DNA from: the human T2T-CHM13v2.0 reference genome, Homo sapiens
Assembly (NCBI RefSeq): GCF_009914755.1
Contig: NC_060926.1
DNA length: 64,000 nt
Strand: one strand, 5' to 3'
Below, piece by piece: positions 47,791-59,710 of the stretch. Each line of letters starts with the position of its first letter. Position 1 is the first letter of the stretch. The position numbers were made by a program, and so were the translations under genes. Below the pieces are notes generated by a model. It was not told where the DNA came from, searched no databases, and saw nothing but the letters and a program-made list of their open reading frames with translations.

Positions 47791-49948
47791 TTCAAAGGAA
47801 ACTTAAAACCAAGCTTCCTCAGGATGAAGATAACAATCAGAAGACTGATGCTATAATGTGGAAAAAAGAGCAGACCATCTCTCACTCTTCCTCTTTCACT
47901 GAGGGTAGGTCACAAAGAGTACACTTTGGAGGTTGCAGAGAATTATTAACTAGAATTTTTTTCCAGTAATGTCCCCAAAATTTAAGCAGAAAATCAAATG
48001 GAGCATACTTTTATACTTGCTGCCTGGACAAAACAAGAACATAACATAATTTTGTTTGAAGGATATTCTTAATGATATCTAGCCTAGAGGAAAGAATATA
48101 GTGGTCTGAAAAGAGTTTATGAACTCTGATCAAAAGTTAGGACCATGTAGGGGTGTGTGTGTGTGTGCCTCTGTGTGTGTGTGTGTATCTATATATGCTC
48201 ACACATATATGTATGAATGTATGTATAGATACACAATACACATATGTGTATACATATATATGAAGAACAGTATTAGTTTAGTGTATCCTCTCGGTTTTGA
48301 GTACTTTGTTATTTAGTGAGATAAAGAGGGATACAAATAACTATTTCATTTACTTAGTATCTTAAGCCTAAAGAAACTTTCATATACAAAATCGTTAATG
48401 TGCCAGACAGTAGCTGAGCAGAACATTTCTAATGAAAAGCATCATCATGTGTTCTATACCAATGCCATATTTCCAGTAACTGCTATGTATAAACACCCTA
48501 TAACGGGATTATGAGCAGTTGACAATCGTTGAAATGTATAATGTATTGATAAGTTTGACACTTGAACATTTTTATTCCAAATAAAAACAAAAAAAATCTT
48601 TGAATTAAAATGTTAGAAAACTGGACGTAAACTGGCTTGAGCACAAAGGCAATTCTGGTTCTTACGCAACAGAATGTTGACAGGCAGGGCTTGGTTTTGG
48701 CATGGCCAGAATCAGAGCTCCGTGTTATCATTGAGACAAGATTATTCTATTTGTTGCCTTTGTCTGGAAATTTCAGCCTCTATGTGGAAGCAATGGGTAC
48801 TAAGGAGTCGATTGGGGGTTTGGGGGAAGTGCCACGGAGCAGTCTACCCTCAACAGGAAGACTATTTTATCGTTGTATTGTTTAGCATTGCCAATGAATA
48901 GTGATAATACAAGGCACTCTTTTTGCAGTTTTTAGTATTGTTTTAAAGTCTCTATGTACAATGCATATGCTATTGCCTGGACCTAGAGTATACAACCCCT
49001 GCTCTTACAATTCCCACATTGAGTGGAAGGAGCATGATGACAGTGATTCTACCCCCTATACTCTTTCAGGAAGAAAGTTACCTGCTTTTCACTCAGACAT
49101 CGCAGCAAAACTCTTATTGTGTCTTGATCTCTCTGACGTGGGCCCCACGTTTTTCTGAACCCATGCCTTGGCCTAGAAGATTGTTCTCTACTGAGTGGCT
49201 TAAGCCAAGCAGGGCTGGGTCTACCCATGCCATAGAAGACAAGAGAAGGAAAGAAGTGGCTTCTCAAAAGTTGTTGTTTTTTTGTTTTTTTTTTTTTGTT
49301 TTTTTTTTTTACTATAAGAAGGGTGGAGGTGAATGGATGCTGCACAATTTAGTCAATTTACCTTAAAATTCTTTATGCATTTTGTCTAAATGATGTATCG
49401 TAAGGATGAAAGTGTTAATTATTACATGTGACCTATAGATAAGAAGTACATAGAGCTAGCATTCCAGGTCCACAGAGTTGCAAGGGTAGAATTGCTAACT
49501 TCTTAACCTTTAATTTTATTACCACAATGTACATTAGAGAGCCACATGTTTGAATCATACATCTTTCAACAGAAACAGACAAAACAACACAGTACTCAGA
49601 GAACATGTGCCACTTATTACATCTATCTATTCTAACTCTGTGACCAACAACATGCATGGAATTTTCAGTGAGGTCCGTGGTTGCATGTGTATCTGGTTAA
49701 ACATGTGAACTTCTGTTTATTGTTTATTTGTCTTGACAGGTTGAATCACAACCATAAAATCCAATTAAATGGATCTTTGAGATGTAATGACACAAATGAT
49801 TTCAACCGTGTAATATACATCCTGTCAAGGTATATTTTTCCATATAAGTGTGGATTCTATAGAAAAAAAAGTATGGGAATTGATGGTATTATACCACTCT
49901 ACCACTTGGTTAATTATAGCAAACCTGATCTGACAGTTATGGACTATA

Positions 49949-50133
49949 TCAGAAATTGACACTTGGTCCATGGGTCAAATCCAACCCACTTCTTGTTTTT
50001 GTAAATGAGGCTTTGTTGAAACACAGCCACACCCATTGAATTGTGTATTTTCTATTGCTGCTTTTGGCCTGCAATGGCTCAAAAATAATATTTACAATCT
50101 TTCCTTCTATGAAAAAAGGTTTTTCAATACCTG
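49949..50133. mobile_element. MER58A-like hAT-Charlie MITE
   Basis: GTCCATGGGTCAAATCCAACCCAC..TTGTTTTTGTAAAT..AAACACAGCCACACCCATT. Confidence 0.8.
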
Positions 50134-50149
50134 GGCTATATGATTGGCT

Positions 50150-50390
50150 GACATTTATCGAGGGCTTACTATTTGCCAGGCACTGAGGTAAATACACTAA
50201 ATGCATGATATAATTTAATTCTTGTAACAAACTTACAATGAATTACTATAATATTTCTAGAAATGAAAAAAAAGAAATCAAGAGATAAAATAAGTAGCCC
50301 AATGTCACATAATCAGCATGCATAGAGATCCAACTGAAAAGTAGATTTATTTTTGAAATTTAAAACCAATTCACTTAACCACTACTTCCT
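50150..50390 (-). mobile_element. MIR SINE
   Basis: ACATTTATCGAGGGCTTACTATTTGCCAGGCACTG...GCCCAATGTCACA...CTTAACCACTAC. Confidence 0.75.
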
Positions 50391-53300
50391 CACATTCTGG
50401 AAGTTTTCTAATTTCTACTAGGTGCAAAAATAAGAAGTTTAAATTAAGCAATATAGATAACGTAAAGCACTTTTGAATTGGGAAACAGAAATCAAGACTC
50501 TAGGCCTGATTTTGCTGTTAGTTAGATGTGAGAATAAAGAAATCACTCTAAATTTCCTGACATCAACTTCGCCTTAAAATTAGGCATTACTCTGAGATGA
50601 CCACTGAAGCCTTTTTCAATTCTAAGTAGTGAAGATGCTCAACTACCTAAAAAAAAAGAAAACAAAATCCTGTTTCTAAATAATAAACTTAATATAATCT
50701 TAATAAAGTTTGTTTTAACTAATCTATATGAGAGTAGTTTCATGACAAGAAGAAATATTAACTACACTTGAAATGGTCCTGATTTGTGTGTTATTTGGCA
50801 ACTTAGCTGTATAAAAACTAGTCCAAAAAACTAATTTGGGTGCAACTCTAGAGACAATGTTAAGCTATATGGAGAAAATTATATATCAAGAATAATTTGT
50901 TATTCTCACACATACTCCTCTACCCTCACTAGATTTGATATGCTATCATAGATATTTATTTACATTTTAAATTATATAACATGAAAAAGGTAGTTCTTTG
51001 TTCACAGAGTTAAATTATTGAGCTATGCTCCTTCTTAAGATAATGGTATGTGATTCCTGTGGATATCATTCAGAACAGAAAACTCTGCTAACCCCCTAAA
51101 TTTGAGTTTGCAACTGTTGAGGGTACACTTCATATTATCTTTATCTGGTCGTTTGAGGAGGATCAAGAAGTTTGTTCTCACAACATTCAAATTTCCTGTC
51201 AATACTTCTTATACCCTATAGCAGCTAATTTCAGTGAATCTTAACTAGAATCATCTTCTTAGCGAGCAACCAGCTAATACTGAGGGACACAGACAAATTG
51301 GAACAGTTTGACATATATATTTGTCCTGATTTGTCAGACTGTAAACAGCTGAGAGAAACAATAGGGATACAGAAAGATGAGTCTGTGTCATAAAGAAATC
51401 TATCAGTTAATCAGACTGGAAAAACCATCCCTGTGTCCACCACGTAATGCAGAGATACTACCTGCCAACTTTAAAGACAGTGACAAAGTTTGATTAGGGA
51501 ACCAGTCCTCCTGCTGCTTCCATGCAGAATGAACACTCTGCACAACCACACAGAGCTTCTTCGGTGGAGTTTTGTTGGAGGTACATATGTGCAAGGAAGT
51601 AACACATGGTTTCTAAGACATGCACCTGTGTGTGGATGTGCGTGTGCAGGTGTACGCGCCATCCATTTTCCTAAAACATAAGAATCAAGAGATGCAAGTT
51701 TTATAAATCTGGAAAGGTAAAGCTGAAAAACATTTACACAACTTAGCTGTTCTCCTGAACTGGGCTTAACTTTACCATACACATAAAGCATCCTGGAAAC
51801 TCCAAGTGAGAAAATACCCCCAAGCTATATTCTTTGGCAAAGGCAGGCTCCTAATGTCTAATCGGCCTGTATAATTATACGGCTGACATTGGATTTATTC
51901 AAATGCTAATCTTGCTGTCACTATGGCAGTGGTGGTATGTTTGTATGGTGTGTTTAGTGTGTGTGTGAGTGTGTATGTATTTCCAAGGGTTATTTGGAAC
52001 CATAGCATAATGGCTGAGGTCAGATCAGCCTACTCAGTAGAGCCCTAATGATGTGACTGGAAATAAATGAAAATATCCAAAATAATTTGTTATTCTCGGA
52101 TTCAGTGTGCTCGTTTATCCACTTTCTTAGTTTATATTATCTTATCAGTATACTATTAATTCTACTTTAATAATAATAATAATACTATCTCTGAGCACCT
52201 TTTTTCAAAAGAAGCATTTCTTCCTGGGACTTTGAACGAACGTTCATTCTTAGAAAGGATTTTATTTCAAACTTATAAAACAGTTATACAATAAATCATC
52301 TGTAGATGTAAAATTACATCATCTGGTTATATTTATATTCATGACTATAATGTGTCTTTTTTCACTTCACATAGGTCTGTGCCGCTGTCAACCTCAACCT
52401 TTCCAAGCGACATTTTCATTTAGAATCTTATCATTTTATAATTATTACTTTTCAGAACTCCCAGGGAGTGAACAAAAGCTTCCTCTTTGTATTTCCATTG
52501 TTATGTTTCTTTGAAGAACAAATTAAATTTCAATCCCAGCCAAAATAAACTTTTAAATGGCAAAATAAATCTAGAATTATGTGAAAAAAAATCTAGGGAA
52601 AGCCTGACTCTGGCTATCACAAGTTCAGGTGTATTTAAGATAATTTACTACCATGTTTTCTTTTCTTTGTGTGAGGCTGTGGCACCACATGCTCCCTTTG
52701 TAGTAGCAAAGGGAGGAATGAACTAAGGTCTGAAAAATATTACTACAAAATGAGCTGAGGAAACTAGTTAGTATATCATTCTATCCTGTCCTGAAAACAA
52801 AGACACAGAGCTGAATTTTCTTTCCCAGCTTACCTTCCATCTCTATGTCTTACATATACTCGTTTTCTATTAGCGTTAGTGATCTGATGGTATGTAGACG
52901 TCTATAAGGTGAACTTCATTGGCTCAATATACTGATAAAAAAGTAACAATCTCCTTGGTGTATGGGGCTATTCACCTAATCTTCTCTGGATGCTATTTAC
53001 TTAATCTCTTCCCAAGTATCTTGAGTCTATGGAAGCAAAACAGACAATTTCATTTACTATACTTACCTGATATACCAAATGGGCTTCAGTGCTCTGCATT
53101 TATTAAAGTTATTATTTAACTTTCACATAAAATGACTTAATAAGCTCAATTGGATCTGTCCCTGCAAGTTGCCGTATTATAGAACCTTTTTCCCCACTCA
53201 TTTCATCATATTGCTAAAATAAATTGCCTTCTTTCTCTCTTTGTTTTGGCTTCCCCTGTGTTTTCCTTTGATTTTCCTGTTCATTTCATCTATCCTTGTG

Positions 53301-54314
53301 CTTGCTTCTGAATTCTTACCTTTCCTCCTGCTGAGTGTAAACACACCTTCAGGCTGTACTGCTGGTCAATTAAACAGAGAAATAAAAGCCAAGCTATTTA
53401 AGTAAAGAAGCTATTGCATCTTGACTCTAAGAGTAATGGAAATGAAATATCATGAACATATGCATTTCAGGAGCTCAAAATATTTTAAACGAAGTCAGTA
53501 AGTGCATTGTGAAGGATGTTTGAAACAACATTTGGCAAATTCTTCTCTAAAGGGGCCTGTGTGTTCCCTAATTTGGTAAAATTTCTCTTATCCCAGGCCT
53601 ACCGCAGTGTTTACATAGTATTGTTTTTGTTTTTAAATTGGCTCCTTGTTTTACTGAACATGAACATTTTATTAGTTTTATGATATTTATTGCTTTTTAA
53701 AGTTTTTTGTTTTTGTTTTTGCTTTGCTTTGACCTTTAATTACTTTACCCATTTAGTCCTATTCTTCCATTTCCTAGTTCCCTTTCATAACTTTTTAAAT
53801 CCTCAATTTTAACTTATTACGTAAATATATTTATACACACACAAACTGATCTAATTTTTTTTTAAGTGTTGGTGCTATCCCAGAACTGCTATGCTGATAA
53901 AAATGTTCTGAGGATCTTTGTGTCAATATTAGCAAATGAAAAGGGATTATGTTTATGCTGGGTGCTAGAACTAAGGTCTTCTGATGGAAGAGTTATTTTA
54001 ATGTTCAATATCCCAAGACATTTTGTGGTCAGTGGGAGAAACAGCCCAAGATATGAATTCTTATCTTGAAAATAAGAAAATAAAATGATGCTTTATTTTC
54101 TGTATGTTGACATATTTTTATCTCTCTATCAAGATTTTTGGCAGCTTTTTTTTCTTCTATTTATAAATAGAGAATCTGGAGCTAAAAGAGGGAAGTGAGT
54201 TTTTAAAAGATATGTGGTTGGTAGATTTTTAAACTTGACTTAAACTTTGGAATCTTGACATCAAGTCCCTGTCTACTTTGCTGTCTTTCGGGGTAGCGTG
54301 GCACTGAATTTCAA

Positions 54315-54555
54315 AATAGTTTAATGACCAAGCGCCAACTCTCTGAGATCAGATACATTTGGGTTAATATTCTATTTCTGCCATTTTGTAGTTGTGTAAC
54401 ATGGATTCGGTAAGTTATTCAATACTCTAATATTTCAGGTTTTTACCTGTAAAGTGGGAAAATAATGCATCTGCCTCGATAAGTTCTTGTTTTGAAGTGA
54501 AATAACAGAGATATACCTGACCTATGGTAAGAATTCATTAACTGTTAGTCATAAT
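54315..54555 (+). mobile_element. MIR SINE
   Basis: GTAAGTTATTCAATACTCT...TTTTTACCTGTAAAGTGGGAAAATAAT core. Confidence 0.7.
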
Positions 54556-54797
54556 TATCATCATTATTATTGATGATGATATTAAGAGGCAGAACCACTA
54601 AGTCAACTACTTTTGGGGTTTAATTATGTCATTCCACATGTTCTCATTTTTTATTATTATATACATGGGTAGCATAAAACTGACTATAATGATGATATTT
54701 CAGTTTATGAGGCTAATATAAATGTTATATAAAGAACAATGCTTGACATTCCACTGAGGCTAGCAGAGCTCACCTTGCAGAATTTACCTAGATCATG

Positions 54798-55680
54798 ATA
54801 CCAGTCAGGGTTCTCCAAGTAAAGGAATTAATTATATACTATATACCATATATCACATATTGTTCATATATATCTTATATCATATACAATTGACCCTTTG
54901 ACAATAGGAGTTTGAACTGCACAGATCCACTTATATGTGGATTTTCTTCCACCTCTACCACCTCTGAGACAGCAAGAACAACCCGTCTTCTGCCTCCTCC
55001 TCCTCAGCCTGCTCAACATGAAGACAATGAGGATGAAGAACTTTATGATGATCCACTTCCACTTAATGAAAAGTAAATATATTTTCTCTTTCTTATGATT
55101 TTCTGAATAACATTTTCTTCTCTCTAGCATCTTTTACCTTAAGAATACAACATACAATACATATAACATATAAAATATGTGTTAATCAACTGTTTATGTT
55201 ACTAGTAAGGATTTCAGTCAACAGAGGGCTATTCATAGTTGTTTGGAAAGTCAAAAGTTATACACAAATTTTCTACAGTACCAGAAGCTGGTGCCCTAAC
55301 CCCTGCATTCTTCAAGGGTCAACGGTATATATAAAACCTGTTGAAGTTTTATCTCTATATGTAATAAAATCAATATTTTATTTATTCATTTTAGAAAATA
55401 TTTAAGAAGTTGGCTTCCATGATTATGGGGCTGGCAAGTCTAAAATCCATAGGGCAGGATGTCCATGTTACATTCCTGAGTCAGAATTTCTTATTTTGGA
55501 AACCTCAGCTTTTGTTCTTAAGACCTTTAACTGATTAGATAAGGCCCACCCAAGCTAAAGGGGTTAATATCCTCTTCTTAAAGTCAATTGACCATAAAAG
55601 TTAATCACATCTACAGTGATATCTTGATAGATAACCAAACAACTGGACACTGTAGCCTAGCCAAGCCATAACATTCATCA
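54798..55680 (-). mobile_element. MLT2-type ERVL solo LTR, interrupted by Tigger2a
   Basis: AGTCAGGGTTCTCCA..., TTGGCTTCCATGATTATGGGGCTGGCAAGTCT, AACTGATTAGATAAGGCCCACCCA, TAGCCTAGCCAAG. Confidence 0.8.
54887..55325 (+). mobile_element. Tigger2a-like MITE
   Basis: TIRs CAATTGACCCTTTGA / TTCAAGGGTCAACGG with TA TSDs; internal CCTCCTCCTCCTCAGCCTGCTCAACATGAAGAC. Confidence 0.9.
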
Positions 55681-56097
55681 TCCAATGTTTTGGTGTAGAC
55701 AACTAGTAAAGGTGTTGGGGAATTAGAGCACTTTGGTGGCAGAAACCGGAGACAATTTTGTTGTTGTTGTTGTTGTTATATTTGAGCAAAATAAAATTTA
55801 ATTTTAGTTCATTTGCACACTATGGGTTAATTTCAAAGTTTTTCAGAAAAGGGTCAATAATTTGTTTATGAAAAACTATAGTAAAAATTATTTTAATATT
55901 CTGAATGTAAAGGGAATACATTTTCAGTTACAAAATCTTATACAGAAAAGTATGTTGATTTTACTTTGAGGGAGATAGTTTAATAAGATTGTTAAATAGC
56001 CCACGCTACTAAAAGGTTAAAAATCATTAATCTGAAGATTGTCTATTAGTAGAGTTTTCATCCATTTTATTTTTTGTTAATATTTTTGTTTTTTAGG

Positions 56098-56783
56098 TCT
56101 TTTAACTTTTATTTTAGATTCAGGGGTTCATGCAGGTTTGTTATATAGGTAAACTTGTGTTATGGGGCTTTGTTGTACAGATTATTTTGTCACCCAGTTA
56201 CTAAGTCTAGTACCCAATAGTTATTTTTTCTGATTGTATTAGTCCATTCTCATATTGCTATAAAGAACTACCTGAGACTGGTAATTTATGAAGAAAGAGG
56301 TTTAACTGACTCACAGTTCTGCAGGCTTAACAGGAAGCATGACTGGGAGGCCTCAGGAAACTTACAATTCTGGCAGAAAGTGAAGGAGAAGCAAGTACCT
56401 TCTTCACATGGTGGCAGGAGAGAGAGAAGAGAAAGAGAGAGAGAGAGAGAGAAGGTGGAAGCATCATACACTTTCAAACAACTAGATCTTGTGAGAACTT
56501 ACTATCAGAACAGCAAGGGGTATGTCTGCCCCCATGATTCAATCATCTCCCACCAGGCCTCTCCCCTGAAATATGGGGATTACAATTATAGATGAGATTT
56601 GGGTGAGAACACAAAGCCAAACCATATCATTGATCCTCTTCTTCCACCTACCCTCCCCCCTCAGGTAGGCCCCAATGTCTGTTGTTCCCCTCTTTGTGTC
56701 CATGTGTTCTCATCACTTAGCTCCCACTTACAAGTGAGAACATGCAGTATTTGGTTTTCTGTTCCTGCATTAGTTTGCTAAGG
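56098..56783 (-). mobile_element. L1PA13-like 3' end, interrupted by an MSTA LTR
   Basis: Antisense 3'UTR TTTAACTTTTATTTTAGATTCAGGGG...CTAGTACCCAATAGTTATTTTTTCTGAT / CCTC...GTGAGAACATGCAGTATTTGG. Confidence 0.88.
56235..56629 (-). mobile_element. MSTA/THE1D-like MaLR solo LTR
   Basis: TG...CA ends (TGTATTAGTCC / CCAAACCATATCA); 5-bp TSD CTGAT / TTGAT. Confidence 0.92.
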
Positions 56784-56799
56784 CTGACAGTCTCTATAT

Positions 56800-57070
56800 G
56801 CGAGGGCAGGGGTCTGGATCCACTCACATTAGTTAGACACAGTGTAGTTTGTTGAGTGGTTAAGGGCCTCTGCTTTTCACCTGTTCTGCCCAACCATGTG
56901 GGCTTTGGCAAGTTTCTAATTCCTATGTGTATCAGATCCCTTATCAAAGTGGGTGCTAACGATACTTTCTCCATAGTGGAAGGGGGTTTCTAGGAGCAAG
57001 TAAAGTAATAATTTAAATCCCACAGAACAATGCCTGGCCTATATTAGTAGTAGATACAAGTTAGCTATTT
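56800..57070 (+). mobile_element. MIR SINE
   Basis: GAGTGGTTAAGGGC..TGTGGGCTTTGGCAAGTTTCTAA..AGAACAATGCCTGGC. Confidence 0.65.
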
Positions 57071-57084
57071 TTATTATTTTATCT

Positions 57085-57219
57085 GGTCTTTAATCTTTAT
57101 GTAATTAGGTCAAAACTGGGACATATTTAATAGTGAAAGAGACATTTGTAAATATTTATGCTGATAAATGAAACACAGAGCAGAGTGTCTAGGGCAAGTC
57201 AGGCCATATGGTTTACCTA
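57085..57219. mobile_element. MER94-like hAT-Blackjack MITE
   Basis: GTCAAAACTGGGACATATTTAATAGTGAAAG...CATATGGTTTACCTA. Confidence 0.55.
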
Positions 57220-57949
57220 GCCATACTGATAATTTGCTGTGAGTTTCCTTTTGCAGTTAGAGGTGCTTAACAAATTAAGTTTCTTAATTCTTTGAAGTTG
57301 TTTTTTTCTTCTTCACAAGTAGTTACTCATCACATATAGTTTGATTCTGGCAGCTAGGATGGACACGACTGCCTTAGGCAGACTCTATTCATTTATTGTA
57401 GGTAGGTGGTGTTAGATAAAATTTAATTTGTCCTGAGGGTCCCTGCAGATGGAATTTAGCTAATTTAATGACATCAAATTCATTTTTTTGCTGCTTTTAT
57501 TTAATGTGTAGGTACCCCCACTTGGAGGCAAAGTAGCCCAGCCAGGTTCAAATCACTGAGGAAATAGTATTTATACTTATCTCTATTTTTCCATGAGCAA
57601 GATAATTTCTGTCTTGGAAATTCCATGTTGTTGTGATGAAATTATGGCATGTTTAAATTATACGGCATGTGAAGACAGAATGAGAGAAGCAGAACCCATT
57701 CTCTAAATGACATGTGATGCATTTTATTTAATTGTTCATATATTGTATGCCCTTTGTTCTGGCTGCACTCTTATCTTCCTCCTCCCAATTTTAAAGAAGT
57801 AGTGCATTTTTTTCTCGTCTTTGCCTTTTGCACCATGATAGGCTATCACTGATAGCATTTGTAGCCCCAAATTCCAAAAGTTTGCTAAGAGCAATTTTAA
57901 GGCATGAGTGGTGCCCTAGTCAAGGTTCAATTAGAGAAGCAGCTCCATG

Positions 57950-58498
57950 ATAAGTGATATAGAATAAAAAACTTGGTAGTGACTAGACATTATATAACTC
58001 CAGTTAGGCAGTCTATGTAAGCCTGTTATACCTGCATCTGGTGACAAGCCTAAAGTCAGGAAGGACATATCTGGGAAGGGCCAGTAGATGTAAAGTAGAG
58101 GAGACCAAAGAATAATAAGGACCCTATAAGTGAAACTGGAACCATGTTTGTCTCTCACTGCCTCCAGGATCAATGATGCAGGTGATCTTCAAGTAAGCCA
58201 GCCCCTTCTGCACATATCTTAGCCCAGGATTCTGCACAGTTGAAGAAAGAGATCCAATAAGCCTGGCTGCTGTCCCCACTCACAAGATGAGTTAGAACAT
58301 TGGCAACTACATAAGAGAGTGGCAACAGGGCCTTCCTGACAATGTCTTAGACCATAAAAATGCCTTCTCCTTCACTTGTGCCTAGCTAATTTCATGAAAT
58401 TTATCTTGTGACCAACTCACCCAGGCACCTGTTGGAAAAGGAATTTTGGGAAATGTAGTTCTAGCTAAGCTAAGCTGACATACTATAAAGCCACTGCA
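57950..58498 (-). mobile_element. LTR41-like ERVL solo LTR
   Basis: Terminus GGGAATTTTGGGAAATGTAGTTCTAGC..AAGCTGACATACTATAAAGCCACTGCA; left boundary approximate. Confidence 0.6.
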
Positions 58499-58789
58499 AA
58501 TGGTTTTAATAAGATTCACGTTGCTGATGTAGACTGAAAAGTGCTTAACTGTTTGCTTTTCTTAACTATTCTTGTCGAGGATCCAATGAAGTCTCTTGTG
58601 GCTAACCTCGGTGACCTACTTATTGTTTGAGATCTACCTTCTGCCAAAATTTAGTGGTGCCACGGCAGACCACCATGTAACTTTAAGACATCATTCTTCC
58701 CTCTCTCCCCCACTTCAGGAGTAATATGTAAATCAAAATTGTAGCGAAATGATTTGGGTCACTATCTGTTTAGGAGGGAGAATGTGATT

Positions 58790-59000
58790 AATAGTGAAAA
58801 ATGCTGACTCCTGAGATTAGCCCAGATTTACACCATAGCTCATCTTCCTTCTAGTTATATCCCATGAGACAAGTTACTCAACCTCTCTACTTCAACTTTC
58901 TCATCTATCAATGGGGACAATAATCATTGTCAGGTATGGGTATCAAGTATTTCAAACATAGTACTTAGATCACTGCTATGCTTAATAAGTCTTGGCTAAT
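58790..59000 (+). mobile_element. MIR SINE
   Basis: ACAAGTTACTCAACCTCTCTACTTCAACTTTCTCATCTATCAATGGGGACAATAAT core. Confidence 0.75.
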
Positions 59001-59375
59001 GTAATTACACTAGAAATTTACTCAAAAACATTTAGTTGTACAGAATTCATCAAAGTCCTCTTGATTAGGAAAAGTAATCTTTCTTGCCTTTTTAAGATAG
59101 CTTGATATTTAAAAGAAAATGCTATGTTGGCTATGAGTCACTGTTTCCATACCACAGTTATCATTTCTTTTCCTATGGGATAATTTTTTCTTAAACTGAT
59201 TTTGTTATTAAAGAAGCTGGCCTTGCCTATCTGCTTTAACCAGCATGACAATGAACAAAATTAAGATGTTCATTATCTTCTTCCCTTCCCTTATTTCATG
59301 GATTTGGATAAGTGGGTTTGGCCCTGAGAAATTGAGAGGTCAGTCCGTATATTACCAGTTGATTAAGGCTTTTTA

Positions 59376-59710
<335 letters not shown>

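Noticed and set aside
48498-49366. Overlapping 75-115 aa ORFs as a small gene
   Set aside because: No recognisable domain, mostly non-ATG starts, and both strands are similarly open owing to locally higher GC and a T-tract.
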